Source of the DNA: an uncultured delta proteobacterium
GTDB taxonomy: Bacteria > Desulfobacterota > Syntrophia > Syntrophales > Fen-1087
Assembly: GCA_963743175.1 (NCBI GenBank)
Contig: CAVUOQ010000015.1
Span: 8,220-72,219 of the forward strand
Reading direction: 5' to 3'
Length of the DNA stretch: 64,000 nucleotides
How positions within the stretch are numbered: position 1 is the stretch's first letter; each line of letters begins with the position of its first letter. The translations under genes were made by a program, and so were the position numbers. The notes beneath the pieces are model-generated. The model worked only from the letters and a program-made list of their open reading frames with translations. It had not been told where the DNA came from and did no database searches. Shown here in pieces: positions 29,563 to 40,710 of the stretch.

Positions 29563-29604
29563 CGGGTAAACGATGGGAGGTAAGACCCCTTGGCCGGCGC
29601 TATT

Positions 29605-31350
29605 TTATATCGCCATGAGCTTCTGGACGGTGACATCCTTCATCTTGAGCTGAATATCGGAAGATCCGTTGTAGCTGTTGATCTGGGGGGTAAAGGCAAT
29701 ATCCAGATGGGGGCCGGAGAGGGTGTTAAGAAAATGTCCCTTGCTGAACCAGATGGAATTGCAGGAAACCCCATCCCCGTTGACCCGCATGCGAAGATGA
29801 TTGTTGCCGACGATGGAGGACGCGCTGACATTGACGTTGCGGGCGCAAAGCACCGGTTCGGGATTCTGACTGCCGAAGGGCGCCAGCATATCCAGCTCCA
29901 CCAACAGGGCATGATTCACGTCGCTGAGCTGACAGTAAGCGTCGATTGTGGTATGGGAAACAAAATCGACCAGCATCGCCTCCTCCTTGATGACGGCATC
30001 GAGCTGATCGGTGAAGGCTTGTATTTCTTCTTCTTTGATGGAGATTCCCGCGGCAAAGCGGTGCCCTCCGTACGTCAGCAGGCGTGAATCACATTGTTTC
30101 AGTCCTTCGTAAATATTAAATGCGGATACACTCCTGCCGGAGCCTTTTCCAATCCCATCCTTCAGGCTGATCAGAATGGCCGGGCGGCAATATCGGTCAA
30201 CCAGACGGGAGGCTACAATCCCGATGACACCGGGATGCCACTTCGGTGAAGCGAAGACAAGCACGCTCTTTTTTGCCATATCCGTATTTTCTCCAATGCT
30301 CGCCTCGATTTCAGAAAAAATCACCTTTTCCATGGCCTGCCGCTTGCGGTTACAGATATCCAGTTTTCTGGCCAGGTCCCGGGCTTCCTCGATGTTGTCC
30401 GTCAGCAGCAGCCGGACGGCATCGAGCGGCGAACCGATGCGCCCCGCCGCGTTGATCCGGGGAACCAGGCAGAAGGATGCCTTGCCGGAGTCGATGACCT
30501 GATTTTCAATCCCGCAGACTTCCTTCAGGGCCGCCAGGCCGGTGCGCTTGTTTTCCGTGATCAGCTCCAGGCCGACTTTCGTAAAAATGCGGTTTTCGTC
30601 CAGCATGGGCGATATATCGCCGATGGTGCCGATTGCGACCAGATCCAGATATTCCCGGAGATTCGGATAGCGCCTCTGTGTCCAGAATCCCTCCTTGCGG
30701 AGCAGCCCCCTGAGCGCAATCAGGAAATTAAAGGCAATCCCCACGGCGGCCAGGTACTTGAAGGGAAAAGAACAGTCGGACTGGTTGGGATTGACAACGG
30801 CCACGGCATCGGGAATCGTGCCGGGAACTTCGTGGTGATCCAGGATAATGGTGTCCAGTCCGATGGACCGGGCATAGCTTACGGCATCATAATCGGAAAT
30901 ACCGCAGTCAATGGTGATAATCAGGCTGCTTCCCCCTTTTTTGATCTTGTCCACGGCGTTCTTGTTGAGCCCGTATCCTTCGAGGATCCGGTCGGGGATG
31001 TAATAATCGACCAAAGGATGGACCTGTTGAATGAATTTTGTCATGACGGCGACAGAGGTAATCCCGTCGGCATCGTAATCGCCATAGACGGTGATTTTTT
31101 CGCGGTTATGGATGGCCTTGATGACCCTTTCGGCGGCCTTGTGCATATCCTTCAACAGGAACGGATTATGGAGATCCTGTAGGGAGGGGGCCAGGTAGCG
31201 CCTTGCGTCACCGGGGTCCAGGATATCCCGGCCGGCCAGAATCCGGGACACGATGGGATGGATGCCGAGCTCTTTGATCAGGTTATCTTGAACAGCCTGA
31301 CTCGGTAACGCCGTTCTCCACTGAGTCAAGGGCAGGGTTGTCGCACTCAT
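29605..31350 (-). CDS. recJ: single-stranded-DNA-specific exonuclease RecJ
   Basis: DHH motifs (YGDYDADGITS, IITIDCG, ILDHH) plus a DHHA1 domain (GGHRFAAG). Confidence 0.93.
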   Translation of the reverse strand: MSATTLPLTQWRTALPSQAVQDNLIKELGIHPIVSRILAGRDILDPGDARRYLAPSLQDLHNPFLLKDMHKAAERVIKAIHNREKITVYGDYDADGITSVAVMTKFIQQVHPLVDYYIPDRILEGYGLNKNAVDKIKKGGSSLIITIDCGISDYDAVSYARSIGLDTIILDHHEVPGTIPDAVAVVNPNQSDCSFPFKYLAAVGIAFNFLIALRGLLRKEGFWTQRRYPNLREYLDLVAIGTIGDISPMLDENRIFTKVGLELITENKRTGLAALKEVCGIENQVIDSGKASFCLVPRINAAGRIGSPLDAVRLLLTDNIEEARDLARKLDICNRKRQAMEKVIFSEIEASIGENTDMAKKSVLVFASPKWHPGVIGIVASRLVDRYCRPAILISLKDGIGKGSGRSVSAFNIYEGLKQCDSRLLTYGGHRFAAGISIKEEEIQAFTDQLDAVIKEEAMLVDFVSHTTIDAYCQLSDVNHALLVELDMLAPFGSQNPEPVLCARNVNVSASSIVGNNHLRMRVNGDGVSCNSIWFSKGHFLNTLSGPHLDIAFTPQINSYNGSSDIQLKMKDVTVQKLMAI

Positions 31351-31462
31351 GAATATCTTCTGCTTTCCAGTTAATGGATTGTTATGTCGTTATCTTACAA
31401 ATATGGGAATCCCTGTCAAGCAGAGAATTGAAATCGCCCTAATTAATACTTGATCCGCTCAT

Positions 31463-31735
31463 TTGCACGGATGTCAGCATCGGAGGCAGCACCTCTCGGC
31501 AGGGCAATATGGGGGAACTTACACCGTGTCCTTTGAAAACATTCGCGAAGTCGTTTTTCGCCAGCATGCGGAAAGATTATATGGACAGATAAAGATGACG
31601 GATGGAAACAGCATCGAGCCGGTCATCGGTAAGGATAAAAAGGCCTATGGATGGGCGAAGTTCGGTACCTTCCAGATCCGGCTCAATGACCTGAAAAAAA
31701 TGATCATCGAGCCCGCCTTGCAGAAAAAGAGCTGA
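31463..31735 (+). CDS. hypothetical small protein (start unclear)
   Basis: Only ORF evidence, with no recognisable motif. The possible internal start would give a 46-70 aa product. Confidence 0.25.
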   Translation: MHGCQHRRQHLSAGQYGGTYTVSFENIREVVFRQHAERLYGQIKMTDGNSIEPVIGKDKKAYGWAKFGTFQIRLNDLKKMIIEPALQKKS

Positions 31736-31747
31736 AAAAAAGTTACC

Positions 31748-31945
31748 CTACAGGGCCTTCTTGACAAAACCGGAGCGGATGCAGCGGGTGCAGACCTTCA
31801 CGCGTTTCACAGCCTTCGATTTTTCATCCACACAGCGCACTTTCTGCAGATTGGGAAACCATACTTTTTTGGTTTTATTATTGGCGTGGCTGACTTTATT
31901 GCCCACGACGGGCTTCTTACCGCATACTTCACAGATTCTGGACAT
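31748..31945 (-). CDS. rpmB: 50S ribosomal protein L28
   Basis: [27 protein letters not shown] is the canonical L28 N-terminus. Confidence 0.95.
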   Translation of the reverse strand: MSRICEVCGKKPVVGNKVSHANNKTKKVWFPNLQKVRCVDEKSKAVKRVKVCTRCIRSGFVKKAL

Positions 31946-32032
31946 GAGACAACTCCTTGATAATGAATCGTGGGCTTCTAAACCATAAGGACCAAATATG
32001 CAAGTCTTTTTTACGACCTTGTCATAAATTTC

Positions 32033-33343
32033 TTAATTTTTCATGGAGGGCGGCTGTCCGGTGGACTCCAGCACGCGCATCCAGACATTCCCATCGGGGT
32101 TGACTTTTGCGCCGGAGCCGACCATTTTCAAAGGCAAATGTACGTATTCATCCTTCATGAGCCCCACCAGCATGCCCGTTTTTCCGGTCATGCCCGCGTG
32201 TACGGCGTACTGCCCCAAGGCGCCGCAGTAGATGCTGTCGCTGGCATTGGCAGGGACGCTGCGGATGATATAGCTTGGGTCGATGTATTTCAGATTGACT
32301 TCCATGTCTTTCTGCTTGAAGTAATCCTCGATCCGGGTTTTCAGAAAGGGTCCGATATCCTGCAGCCGGAGATTGCCCGATGCGTCCGTTACGACGGGTC
32401 CGTCTTCCCGGTGCATCAATTCCTGGCCGGCGCCCTCGGCAATGAGGATCAAGCAATGATTGCGCAGCAGGAGCCGGCGTTCCAGGAATTTAAGAAGACC
32501 ATTTTTCCCTTCCAGGTCAAAGGGAACTTCCGGAATCAGGACATAGTTTACATCACTCATGGCCAGGGCCGCGCCTGTGGCGATATGGCCGGACTGGCGA
32601 CCCATGATTTTCACGAGTCCTATGCCCATCGGCGCGCCTTTGGCCTCAACATGCGCGCACTCGATGGCTTTGACCGCCTCGGAAATGGCCGTATCATAAC
32701 CGAAGGTTTTCTGGATCAGGTTCAAATCATTGTCGATGGTCTTCGGGATGCCGATGACGCTGACGTTGAGGTTTCTTTTTGTGATTTCGTCGGTGATATA
32801 TTCAGCCGCCCGCATGGTCCCGTCACCGCCGATGCAGAACAGGATGTCGATATTCATGCGCTTCAGGGCGTTCACGATTTCCCCGATCTCCTGCCTGCCC
32901 CGCGATGAGGAAAGAATGCTCCCGCCGATGGCATGGATGTCTTTTACCACTTCCGGCAAGAGTTCGACGACCTCGTGTCTGTATTTCGGGATGAACCCCT
33001 GAAAGCCGTATCGGATGCCGATAATGTTTTGCACGCCGTAGCGGTAGTAAAGCTCCATCACCACGGCGCGGATCACGTCGTTGATTCCCGGACAGAGCCC
33101 GCCGCACGTGACAATCGCCGCTTTCGTCTTGGCCGGATCAAAAAAGATCTTAGCGCGCGGTCCGGCAACTTCGATTGATAGCGGCAAGCCGTCCGGCGCC
33201 TTTAAGTCGGCGTAATGATGAAGATCGACATTAAAAAGGACCCTCCGATGGTCGGTTGTATAATAACTGACATTCAGCGGTGAATCGATGGTGCATTCAC
33301 CCAGACTCTGAATCGTGAAGTCATAGGGGGTATCCTGATCCAT
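32033..33343 (-). CDS. 6-phosphofructokinase, PfkA family (phosphoryl donor ATP vs PPi not resolved)
   Basis: GGLCPGINDVIR, CIGGDGTMR, IPKTIDNDL and MGRQSGHIA motifs. Gly in GGDG favours ATP and Lys in PKTIDND favours PPi, so the signature is mixed. Confidence 0.88.
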   Translation of the reverse strand: MDQDTPYDFTIQSLGECTIDSPLNVSYYTTDHRRVLFNVDLHHYADLKAPDGLPLSIEVAGPRAKIFFDPAKTKAAIVTCGGLCPGINDVIRAVVMELYYRYGVQNIIGIRYGFQGFIPKYRHEVVELLPEVVKDIHAIGGSILSSSRGRQEIGEIVNALKRMNIDILFCIGGDGTMRAAEYITDEITKRNLNVSVIGIPKTIDNDLNLIQKTFGYDTAISEAVKAIECAHVEAKGAPMGIGLVKIMGRQSGHIATGAALAMSDVNYVLIPEVPFDLEGKNGLLKFLERRLLLRNHCLILIAEGAGQELMHREDGPVVTDASGNLRLQDIGPFLKTRIEDYFKQKDMEVNLKYIDPSYIIRSVPANASDSIYCGALGQYAVHAGMTGKTGMLVGLMKDEYVHLPLKMVGSGAKVNPDGNVWMRVLESTGQPPSMKN

Positions 33344-33357
33344 CTGATCTGCTCCTT

Positions 33358-34029
33358 TTAAAAGCCGGCTAAGGGTGGATTGTGCGCTGCAAACTCCGGC
33401 ATGACCGGGCCGTCCTGAACGATGACCTTCCGGCCCGAAATGAGAAGCCTTCCTTCGGCATAAAGCTGGATGGCCTGCGGATAAATCCGGTGTTCCTCAC
33501 GGAGGATTCTCGCCGCCAGCGTGTCGGCCGTGTCGTGCGGGAGCACGGGCACAACGGCCTGAATGATGACGGGTCCCGTATCGACCCCCTGATCGGCAAA
33601 ATGAACCGTACATCCAGAGAATTTCACGCCATAGTCAATCGCCTGTTGCTGCACATGGGTACCCGGGAAGGCGGGAAGCAGGGCCGGGTGGATATTCATG
33701 ATTCGCATGGGAAAGACGTTCAGAAACAAGGGGGTCAATACCCTCATGAAACCGGCCATGACCACCAGTTCCACCCCATGGGACTGCAGGATGTCGATCA
33801 TGCGCCGATCGAAATCCTCGCGTGTTCGGAAGTCCTGATGCCGGATCACAACCGCCGGTATTCCGTGTTTCGCGCACCGCTCCAGGGCGAAGGCGTCGGA
33901 CTTGTTGCTGATCGTCACGCTGATTTCGGCACGGAGGGCGCCTGCCTGAATCCGGTCAATGATGGATTGCAGGTTGGAACCGCTGCCCGATACCAGGACG
34001 CCAAGCCTGAGCTTATTAACCGACGTCAT
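33358..34029 (-). CDS. purN: phosphoribosylglycinamide formyltransferase
   Basis: LVSGSGSNLQ, MNIHPALLP and GCTVHF motifs. Overlaps the purM stop by 4 nt. Confidence 0.93.
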   Translation of the reverse strand: MTSVNKLRLGVLVSGSGSNLQSIIDRIQAGALRAEISVTISNKSDAFALERCAKHGIPAVVIRHQDFRTREDFDRRMIDILQSHGVELVVMAGFMRVLTPLFLNVFPMRIMNIHPALLPAFPGTHVQQQAIDYGVKFSGCTVHFADQGVDTGPVIIQAVVPVLPHDTADTLAARILREEHRIYPQAIQLYAEGRLLISGRKVIVQDGPVMPEFAAHNPPLAGF

Positions 34030-35069
34030 ATCAATACCACCTGGGGCTTATCGGCCCCTCTCTTTTCCACCGTACCCAAGATATATGCCTTTTCACCCAG
34101 CATTACAAGGCGCTCCATGATGTCCCCGGACTCTTTTTCAGAAACGATCACAATCATGCCGATGCCCATGTTGAAGACGCGGAACATTTCCTGATCCTCG
34201 ATCCGGCCCATCTCACGGATAACATGGAAAATGGCCGGGATCTCCCAGGCACCTTTCCGGATGACCGCGCAGCAGGGTGCGGGAAGGATGCGCGGGATAT
34301 TATCGAGAAAACCACCGCCCGTAATATGCACCAGCCCCTTGATGTTAAAACCTTTCAGAAGCTTCAGTAGAGATTTTACGTAAATTTTCGTCGGGCGCAG
34401 CAGCTCCATCCCGATGGATTCGTCCAGACCGGGAACCGAATCATGAACATTGAGCCCCCCGTCGTCGAAAAGAACCTTTCTGGCCAGCGAAAAGCCGTTG
34501 CTGTGCAGGCCGCTAGAGGCAAGGCCGATGATCCGGTCGCCCACGCTGATAGCGGCGCCGTCAATGAGTTTATCCGCCTCCACGACGCCGACACAGAAGC
34601 CGGCCAGATCGTATTCGTTTTCAGCATAGAATCCGGGCATTTCCGCTGTTTCGCCGCCGATCAGGGCGCAGCCGGCCTCCTGGCATCCGCGCACGATGCC
34701 TTCTATGATCTGCACGCTCTGCTCGAGGCCGATTTTCCCGGTGGCGATATAGTCCAGAAAAAACAGCGGCTCCGCGCCCTGCACGATCACATCATTGACG
34801 GACATGGCCACGAGGTCGATGCCGACGGTATCGTGCTTATTCATGCTCTGGGCCACTTTGAGCTTTGTTCCGACGCCGTCGGTGGAGGATACCAGAATCG
34901 GGTTTTTGAATTTTTCCACATCGAGCCGGAACAGCGCGCCAAAACCGCCGATGCCGCTCATGACCTCCTTGCGCGCCGTCGTTTTAATCATGGGTTTGAT
35001 TTTTTCGACAAACAGGTTCGCCTTGTCGATATCGACCCCCGCGCCTTTATAGGTAGCATGTTCATTCAT
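34026..35069 (-). CDS. purM: phosphoribosylformylglycinamidine cyclo-ligase
   Basis: AGVDID, DGVGTKL and GGETAEMPG motifs of AIR synthase. Confidence 0.95.
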   Translation of the reverse strand: MNEHATYKGAGVDIDKANLFVEKIKPMIKTTARKEVMSGIGGFGALFRLDVEKFKNPILVSSTDGVGTKLKVAQSMNKHDTVGIDLVAMSVNDVIVQGAEPLFFLDYIATGKIGLEQSVQIIEGIVRGCQEAGCALIGGETAEMPGFYAENEYDLAGFCVGVVEADKLIDGAAISVGDRIIGLASSGLHSNGFSLARKVLFDDGGLNVHDSVPGLDESIGMELLRPTKIYVKSLLKLLKGFNIKGLVHITGGGFLDNIPRILPAPCCAVIRKGAWEIPAIFHVIREMGRIEDQEMFRVFNMGIGMIVIVSEKESGDIMERLVMLGEKAYILGTVEKRGADKPQVVLI

Positions 35070-35290
35070 AATTACTCCAGTGAATATAAATAGATAGACG
35101 TGTCATGGGAACGATTCGGCGCCTGTTTGAGAGCGCCATGAACAGGCACTGCTTTTAACGCAACCGCCTTCAAATGTCAAATCCTGATTTATGACACCTG
35201 TCACTTTTTGCTTGCGTAACGGATCCCGATTTGTTAGTGTAAGACGTGGATTTTATTTGAAATCAGTATACTCAGGGGTACCGGAACGCC

Positions 35291-37760
35291 TTGGACCGTT
35301 TAATCGACATCCTGACGAAAATTGAACAGCCGCTGCTTTTCTCCTCCCGCGAGGACTATAAACACCTGCCCCTCGTCAAAGATCTGGAGATAACCATCTC
35401 GAATCTTCTGACGAAGCTGCTTCAGGCTCTCCCGTCAGCCGCAATCGATGCGCAAACGGGTATGGATGTCGGGCGACTCGCGCAGAAATTCCAGGAGCTC
35501 TTCAGGGGATATGATGCGCTGCCCCTTGAAGAAAAAAAAGAGATTCTTCAAAAATCGCGGCTGCTGGGCGCTGAACTCCGGCAATGGCTTGCCGCCGCCA
35601 TTCGCTCTCCGGACAGCCATGAACAGGCCGTGGCGGATCGCATGCAGGACCTCAGACAGGCCATCGTCAAACTGTCCGGGGAGGTGCAGTTCATCAAGGG
35701 CGTGGGACCCAGGATTGCACAATTGCTTGCCAGAAAAGGCGTCAAGACCATCGAGGATATCTTTTATTTTCTCCCGCGACGCTATGAAGACCGGCGGATC
35801 GTGCAGAAAATTGCCCAGGCGCGAGTCGGGGTCAAGGAAACTGTGGTCGGCACGGTCGTTCAGGCCCAGGTCCGGCCCTATCAGAGGCGCAGGGCCTTTG
35901 AGGTCGCCATCGATGACGGCAGCGGGTCCCTCACGGCCAAATGGTTCATGGGGAACCTGACCTACTTGAAAAACACCTTCCAGCCGGGACTGCGGGTGAT
36001 CCTGACGGGTGAGATCCGCCTCTTCAAGGCCGGCAAGGATATGATCCATCCGGACTATGAAATCCTCGATGAAGACGATACGGATCTGCTCCATTTCAAG
36101 CGCATCGTCCCCATTTATTCGGAAACGGAAGGCCTGCATCAGAAAACGCTGCGGCGAATTGCGATGCGGGTGCTCAACGATTACACGCGCTATGTCACGA
36201 GTCCCATTCCCGAGGCATTTTGCGAAAAACGCCGCCTGATCCACATCCACGACGCCCTGCGCAACGTCCATTTTCCCGAGGCAGACGCCGACGTGGCCCT
36301 TTACAATGACCTCCGCTCAACGGCCCATCGCCGGCTCATCTATGATGAATTTTTCTTCTTCCAGTTGGGCCTCGCGCTGAAGCGCAAAGGCCATCTGCTG
36401 GATCAGGGGATTCCTTTCAAAACGGGCGGCCCGCTTCTGAAAGAGTTCTATGCAGCGCTTCCGTTTTCACTGACCGGCGCCCAGTCCCGTGTGATCGATG
36501 AAATTGAAGGCGGATATGGCAAAGCAGACCGTCATGCATCGCCTGCTGCAGGGCGACGTGGGCTCCGGAAAGACCGTCGTGGCGATGGCCGCGATGGTAA
36601 CGGCCTGTGAAAACGGCTATCAGGCTGCGCTGATGGCCCCCACGGAACTGCTGGCCCAGCAGCACTACGCCACCATCACGGGCTGGGCGGAACGTCTGAA
36701 CCTCAAGGCCATCCTGCTGACAGGAAGCAGCAAAACGGTTGAACGCAACGAGATTCGCGAGGACATGGCCAGCGGCCGCGCGGACATCATCATCGGGACG
36801 CACGCGCTGATCCAGGATCGCGTCAGCTACGGAAATCTCGGCCTGGTGGTCATCGACGAACAGCACCGTTTCGGCGTTCTGCAGCGCGCAACCCTGCGGA
36901 CAAAAGGAGTTATGCCGGATGTCCTGGTCATGACGGCCACCCCGATTCCGAGGACGCTGGCCATGACGGTTTACGGGGATCTCGACGTTTCCGTCATCGA
37001 CGAACTTCCGCCGCAGAAAAAACCCATCAAGACGAAGGTCTTCTATGAATCCCAGCGCACGCAGGTCTATGAGGCCATCCGCAGGGAACTGGCCAAGAAA
37101 CACCAGATATTCATCGTCTATCCGCTCGTGACCGAATCGGAAGCCCTCGATCTCAAGGACGCCACGCGCATGGCGCAGCACCTGCAGCAGGACATCTTTC
37201 CGGACTACCGGGTCGGCCTTATTCACGGCCGTTTAAAGGCTCAGGAAAAGGATGAGATCATGGCCGCATTCCTCGACAAACAGACGGATATTCTCGTATC
37301 GACCACCGTCATCGAGGTGGGCATCGACATTCCGCAGGCCTCCGTCATGGTCATCGAACATGCCGAACGCTTCGGCCTTTCGCAGTTGCACCAGCTCCGG
37401 GGGCGCGTCGGCCGGGGCGACATTCCGGCCTATTGCATCCTTCTGGCCCAGCACAAGGGATCTCAGGAGGCCAGAAGACGGCTGCGCATCATGGAGGAAA
37501 CCAACGACGGCTTCCGGATTGCCGAAGAAGACCTTGCGATCCGGGGGCCGGGCGAGTTCATGGGGGTCCGACAATCAGGCCTGCCCGATTTCCGCGTCGC
37601 CAACATCGCCCGGGACGGCCAGATCCTCAACGAGGCCAAAACAGACGCCTTCGCCCTGATCGAACAGGACCCGTTTCTCAACAAACCCGATCACACCCTG
37701 CTCCGGGAAGTCCTGCTGCACCGCTGGCAGGAACGCCTGAACCTGGCCAAGACGGGATAG
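35291..37760 (+). pseudogene. recG: ATP-dependent DNA helicase RecG, reading frame broken once near 36505-36515 (true frameshift or sequencing indel)
   Basis: ORF 35291-36610 carries the wedge domain and ...LPFSLTGAQSRVIDEIE. ORF 36498-37760, in another frame, continues ...DMAKQTVMHRLLQGDVGSGKT, DEQHRFG and the C-terminal helicase motifs. Removing one G in GAAGGCGG restores ...IDEIEADMAKQ... Confidence 0.85.
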
Positions 37761-37796
37761 GTCGATAGAGAAGCGGGAAGGGAGCGGGCGGATGAG

Positions 37797-38018
37797 GTGG
37801 CACATCTCATCTCAGCTTTGCCGGTCCGGTTGTTTGATATTGACCTCGATCTGATCAGGCAGGCAGCGGTTTACAATGCGACAAGAAAAATGTCCTGCGC
37901 CGACTGTATCGCAGCCGTCTTTGCCAGGCTCCGTAAAGCCGAACTGGTGACAGGGGATGATGATTTCAAGCAACTGAAGGGCGAGATAAATATTCTGTCG
38001 GATTTCATATCTCGTTGA
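37797..38018 (+). pseudogene. C-terminal fragment of a PIN-domain (VapC-like) toxin
   Basis: ...MSCADCIAAVFARLRKAELVTGDDDFKQL is the C-terminal acidic-residue block of PIN toxins. The N-terminal half is absent and no antitoxin gene is present. Confidence 0.6.
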
Positions 38019-38261
38019 GTTTTGGTCATAATCCGATTCTCCCGATTATAGAATATTTAGCAGGAATATTGATGTGATACTTGCTGTTTGGTCAGGATTG
38101 ATGTAATAAACGCCATCGATCCCTAAAGGACGCCTATATTGCTGCAATCCGATGTTGTCGCGATATATGGTATATTTTCAGGAGAACAAACACAAAAAAG
38201 CAAATGACCATCGACACATAAGCCCAAATTCAAAGCTGTTGTATCGGAAGGAAAGGTTAGC

Positions 38262-38626
38262 ATGGATAATCGATTCTTTGAGAGACCTGTCATCAATGAA
38301 CTCCGCCGTCATGTAGATCAGTGGCGAAGCCTACCGAACCCGAAGGACTGGCAGGTGACGCCCGAAACCGCTCGACTGCTCCAGCACTGGCGGCATCACC
38401 GGTTCAACTGCATCTGATCGTCGAAATCAAGGGCTACCGACGCGAAGACGCCAAGGAGAAGAAATCAACAATGGAGACCTACTGGGTGCCCGGCGTCAAC
38501 AACCACGGGAAGTATGGCCGCTGGGCCTTCGCCGAGTTCACCGATATTTACCGGATCGAATCCGACTTCGAGGCAAAAGTCGAAGCCGAGTTCAACAAGA
38601 TGGTTGAAAGAATCGTGAATGATTAA
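38262..38626 (+). pseudogene. internally deleted type III restriction Res subunit remnant (N-terminal 50 aa joined out of frame to C-terminal 80 aa)
   Basis: MDNRFFERPVINELRRHVDQWRSLPNPKDWQVTPETARLLQHWRHH stops at 38414. The +2 frame continues LHLIVEIKGYRREDAKEKKSTMETYWVPGVNNHGKYGRWAFAEF, the typical Res C-terminus. The helicase core is missing. Confidence 0.65.
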
Positions 38627-38692
38627 GAGAAACAAAAAATAACCTTTACATATGGTAACTTTTATGTTACTTGTTGTCTGTAAGCAGGGCGT

Positions 38693-39016
38693 ATGAATAT
38701 AGTCGAGTATCTTACCGTGACCGGCGCAAGCCCTTTCAGAAACTGGTTCGACAAGCTTGACGGCCGTGCGGCCGCCAAGGTCACAACCGCCTTGACCCGA
38801 ATGGGAATTGGCAATACATCGAACGTGGAGAGTGTCGGGGGCGGGGTTTACGAGAGGAAAATCGATTACGGTCCCGGATATCGCATCTATTTCGGAATGG
38901 ACGGAGAGACGTTGGTCGTGCTGGTTGGAGGCGGGACAAAAAAGCACCAGGCGCAGGACATTGCAATGGCTGGGGAGCGCTGGGCGGATTATAAGAAGAG
39001 AAAGAAGCAGCCGTAA
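38693..39016 (+). CDS. RelE/HigB-like addiction-module killer protein
   Basis: GNTSNVESVGGGVYERKIDYGPGYRIYF ... LVGGGTKKHQAQDI pattern of the putative addiction-module killer family, immediately followed by the cognate antidote-type gene. Confidence 0.8.
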   Translation: MNIVEYLTVTGASPFRNWFDKLDGRAAAKVTTALTRMGIGNTSNVESVGGGVYERKIDYGPGYRIYFGMDGETLVVLVGGGTKKHQAQDIAMAGERWADYKKRKKQP

Positions 39017-39031
39017 AGGGGGACCGGATAA

Positions 39032-39346
39032 ATGCCGCTGACAAGGGATTTCAGGGAAACAGTCATGGCGCGGGTCAAAGCGGACCCGGCTTTCAGGAGT
39101 GAATTGATCATCGAGGCGACCAATGCCTTCTTGATGGATGAAATGGAAACAGGCAAGGCGCTACTGCGCGATTATTTGAACGCCACCGAATCCATCGCCG
39201 AAATTGCCCGGGAATTGGAGATCAACGAGAAGAGCCTGCGCCGCATGCTCGGCCCGAAGGGAAATCCGACCCTCAAGAATTTCCTCAGCCTGCTGAAGGT
39301 GTGCAGTGAAGCGGAGCGCCTGACTCTTCAGGTTTGTCACCATTGA
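39032..39346 (+). CDS. HigA-type addiction-module antidote protein (HTH)
   Basis: IAEIARELEINEKSLRRMLGPKGNPTLKNFLSLLKV is the HTH + GNP(T/R)L motif of the antidote family. It starts 15 nt after the toxin stop. Confidence 0.8.
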   Translation: MPLTRDFRETVMARVKADPAFRSELIIEATNAFLMDEMETGKALLRDYLNATESIAEIARELEINEKSLRRMLGPKGNPTLKNFLSLLKVCSEAERLTLQVCHH

Positions 39347-39413
39347 TCCATCTTTCGTAAAAGATCAAGGCCCGCTTTCCCGAACCATACCTTGAATGAA
39401 TAAAGGATGAAGC

Positions 39414-39686
39414 ATGGCCAACAAGAACAGCAAAAAAACCGTTGAAACCATTACCCACGAGGAGGCCCGGCGCAAGAATATCCCCACTGCCGAGTTTCAG
39501 TCCGTCATGGGCAAGGAGGAGCAGCATCCGATCCGGGTGGCCATGCCGCGCGGCGTCGCCGGGCTGGAAAAAGAAAAAGTCAGCCGCAACCGCGATCTGG
39601 ACCCGCAACTTATCTGGCGCGGCAAGGACGAGCAGGACTGGTCGGACCTGGTGGTGCACGTAGTACCAGACCAATGGGCAAATTGA
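39414..39686 (+). pseudogene. N-terminal 90-aa fragment of a type III-like DNA methyltransferase (Mod)
   Basis: ITHEEARRKNIPTAEFQSVM ... DPQLIWRGKDEQDWSDLVV resembles the conserved N-terminus of large adenine methyltransferases. No catalytic domain follows. Confidence 0.5.
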
Positions 39687-39764
39687 GATAGTCAAAGTCT
39701 ACTTTACACCTAATCTAATTCTTTTCAATGGTTCCAAGGCTGTTTCCCCTGTGGAGGTAATAAA

Positions 39765-40697
39765 ATGAGGTTTTGGGTTGGAGTCACTGATAACAAATGG
39801 TATCAATTCCTCTCACAGCTCCGTCCAGATGAAGTTAATTTTTGGCAGCCGGGCGGAATGCCGCCATTCAAGGGAGCGCCCATTGGACTTCCTTTCCTGT
39901 TTAAACTCAGGCGCCCGTACAATCACATTGCCGGCGGTGGTTTTTTTGTAACATACAGTTCGCTGCCGCTGAGCTTGGCCTGGGAGGTGTTTGGGCAAAA
40001 GAATGGTTGCGCCTCACTTGATGAACTTCGCGCACTCATCATGCCATTGACAGCCAATAGACGCAGTGATGGTCCAATCGGATGTAATGTTCTAGCCAAT
40101 CCCTTTTTCTTTGATAAAGGTGCATGGATCGCTGATCTCCCCGATTGGTCGACGAACATCGTGCGTGGGAAGATGTACGACTCGACCATAGGCGCAGGCC
40201 AGGCAATATGGCGCAGCGTCCGGCAGCGCTTGACATTAAAGACACGGGAAGCGGCCAATACGGATATGGTTCCTCTAGTCGCAGAGGTGGGTGAAAAATA
40301 TGGCTCGCCGGTTGAAGTCCGGCCGAGACTTGGACAATCATCATTTCGGGTTTTGGTCACTGAGGCCTATCAACGACGTTGCGCCATTACGGGGGAAAGC
40401 ACATTAATGGCACTGGAGGCGGCGCACATTGTTCCGTATTCGGGAGAGGGGGGACACGAAGTGCGAAACGGACTCCTGCTTCGAGCGGACTTCCATCGAC
40501 TTTTCGATGCCGGCCTGGTTAGTGTTACACCGGAACTTCGAGTAAAGGTCAGTCGGCGGATCAAAGAAGAATGGTTCAATGGCAAAGTTTACTACCGGCT
40601 TGATAACGAACCTTTATCGGTCGTGCCGATACATCCGTCAATGCGTCCTGATCCGGATCGATTAGATTGGCATTATCACAACAAATTTCAAGCATGA
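39765..40697 (+). CDS. HNH endonuclease (HNH_2-type) with a 190-aa uncharacterised N-terminal domain
   Basis: C-terminal ALEAAHIVPYS ... RNGLLLRADFHRLFDAG (H-N-H). GGAGG lies upstream. The N-terminal domain (MRFWVGVTDNKWYQFL ... NFWQP ... FLFKL) is possibly PUA/EVE-like, by inference. Confidence 0.8.
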   Translation: MRFWVGVTDNKWYQFLSQLRPDEVNFWQPGGMPPFKGAPIGLPFLFKLRRPYNHIAGGGFFVTYSSLPLSLAWEVFGQKNGCASLDELRALIMPLTANRRSDGPIGCNVLANPFFFDKGAWIADLPDWSTNIVRGKMYDSTIGAGQAIWRSVRQRLTLKTREAANTDMVPLVAEVGEKYGSPVEVRPRLGQSSFRVLVTEAYQRRCAITGESTLMALEAAHIVPYSGEGGHEVRNGLLLRADFHRLFDAGLVSVTPELRVKVSRRIKEEWFNGKVYYRLDNEPLSVVPIHPSMRPDPDRLDWHYHNKFQA

Positions 40698-40710
40698 GCA
40701 AGGAAATACC

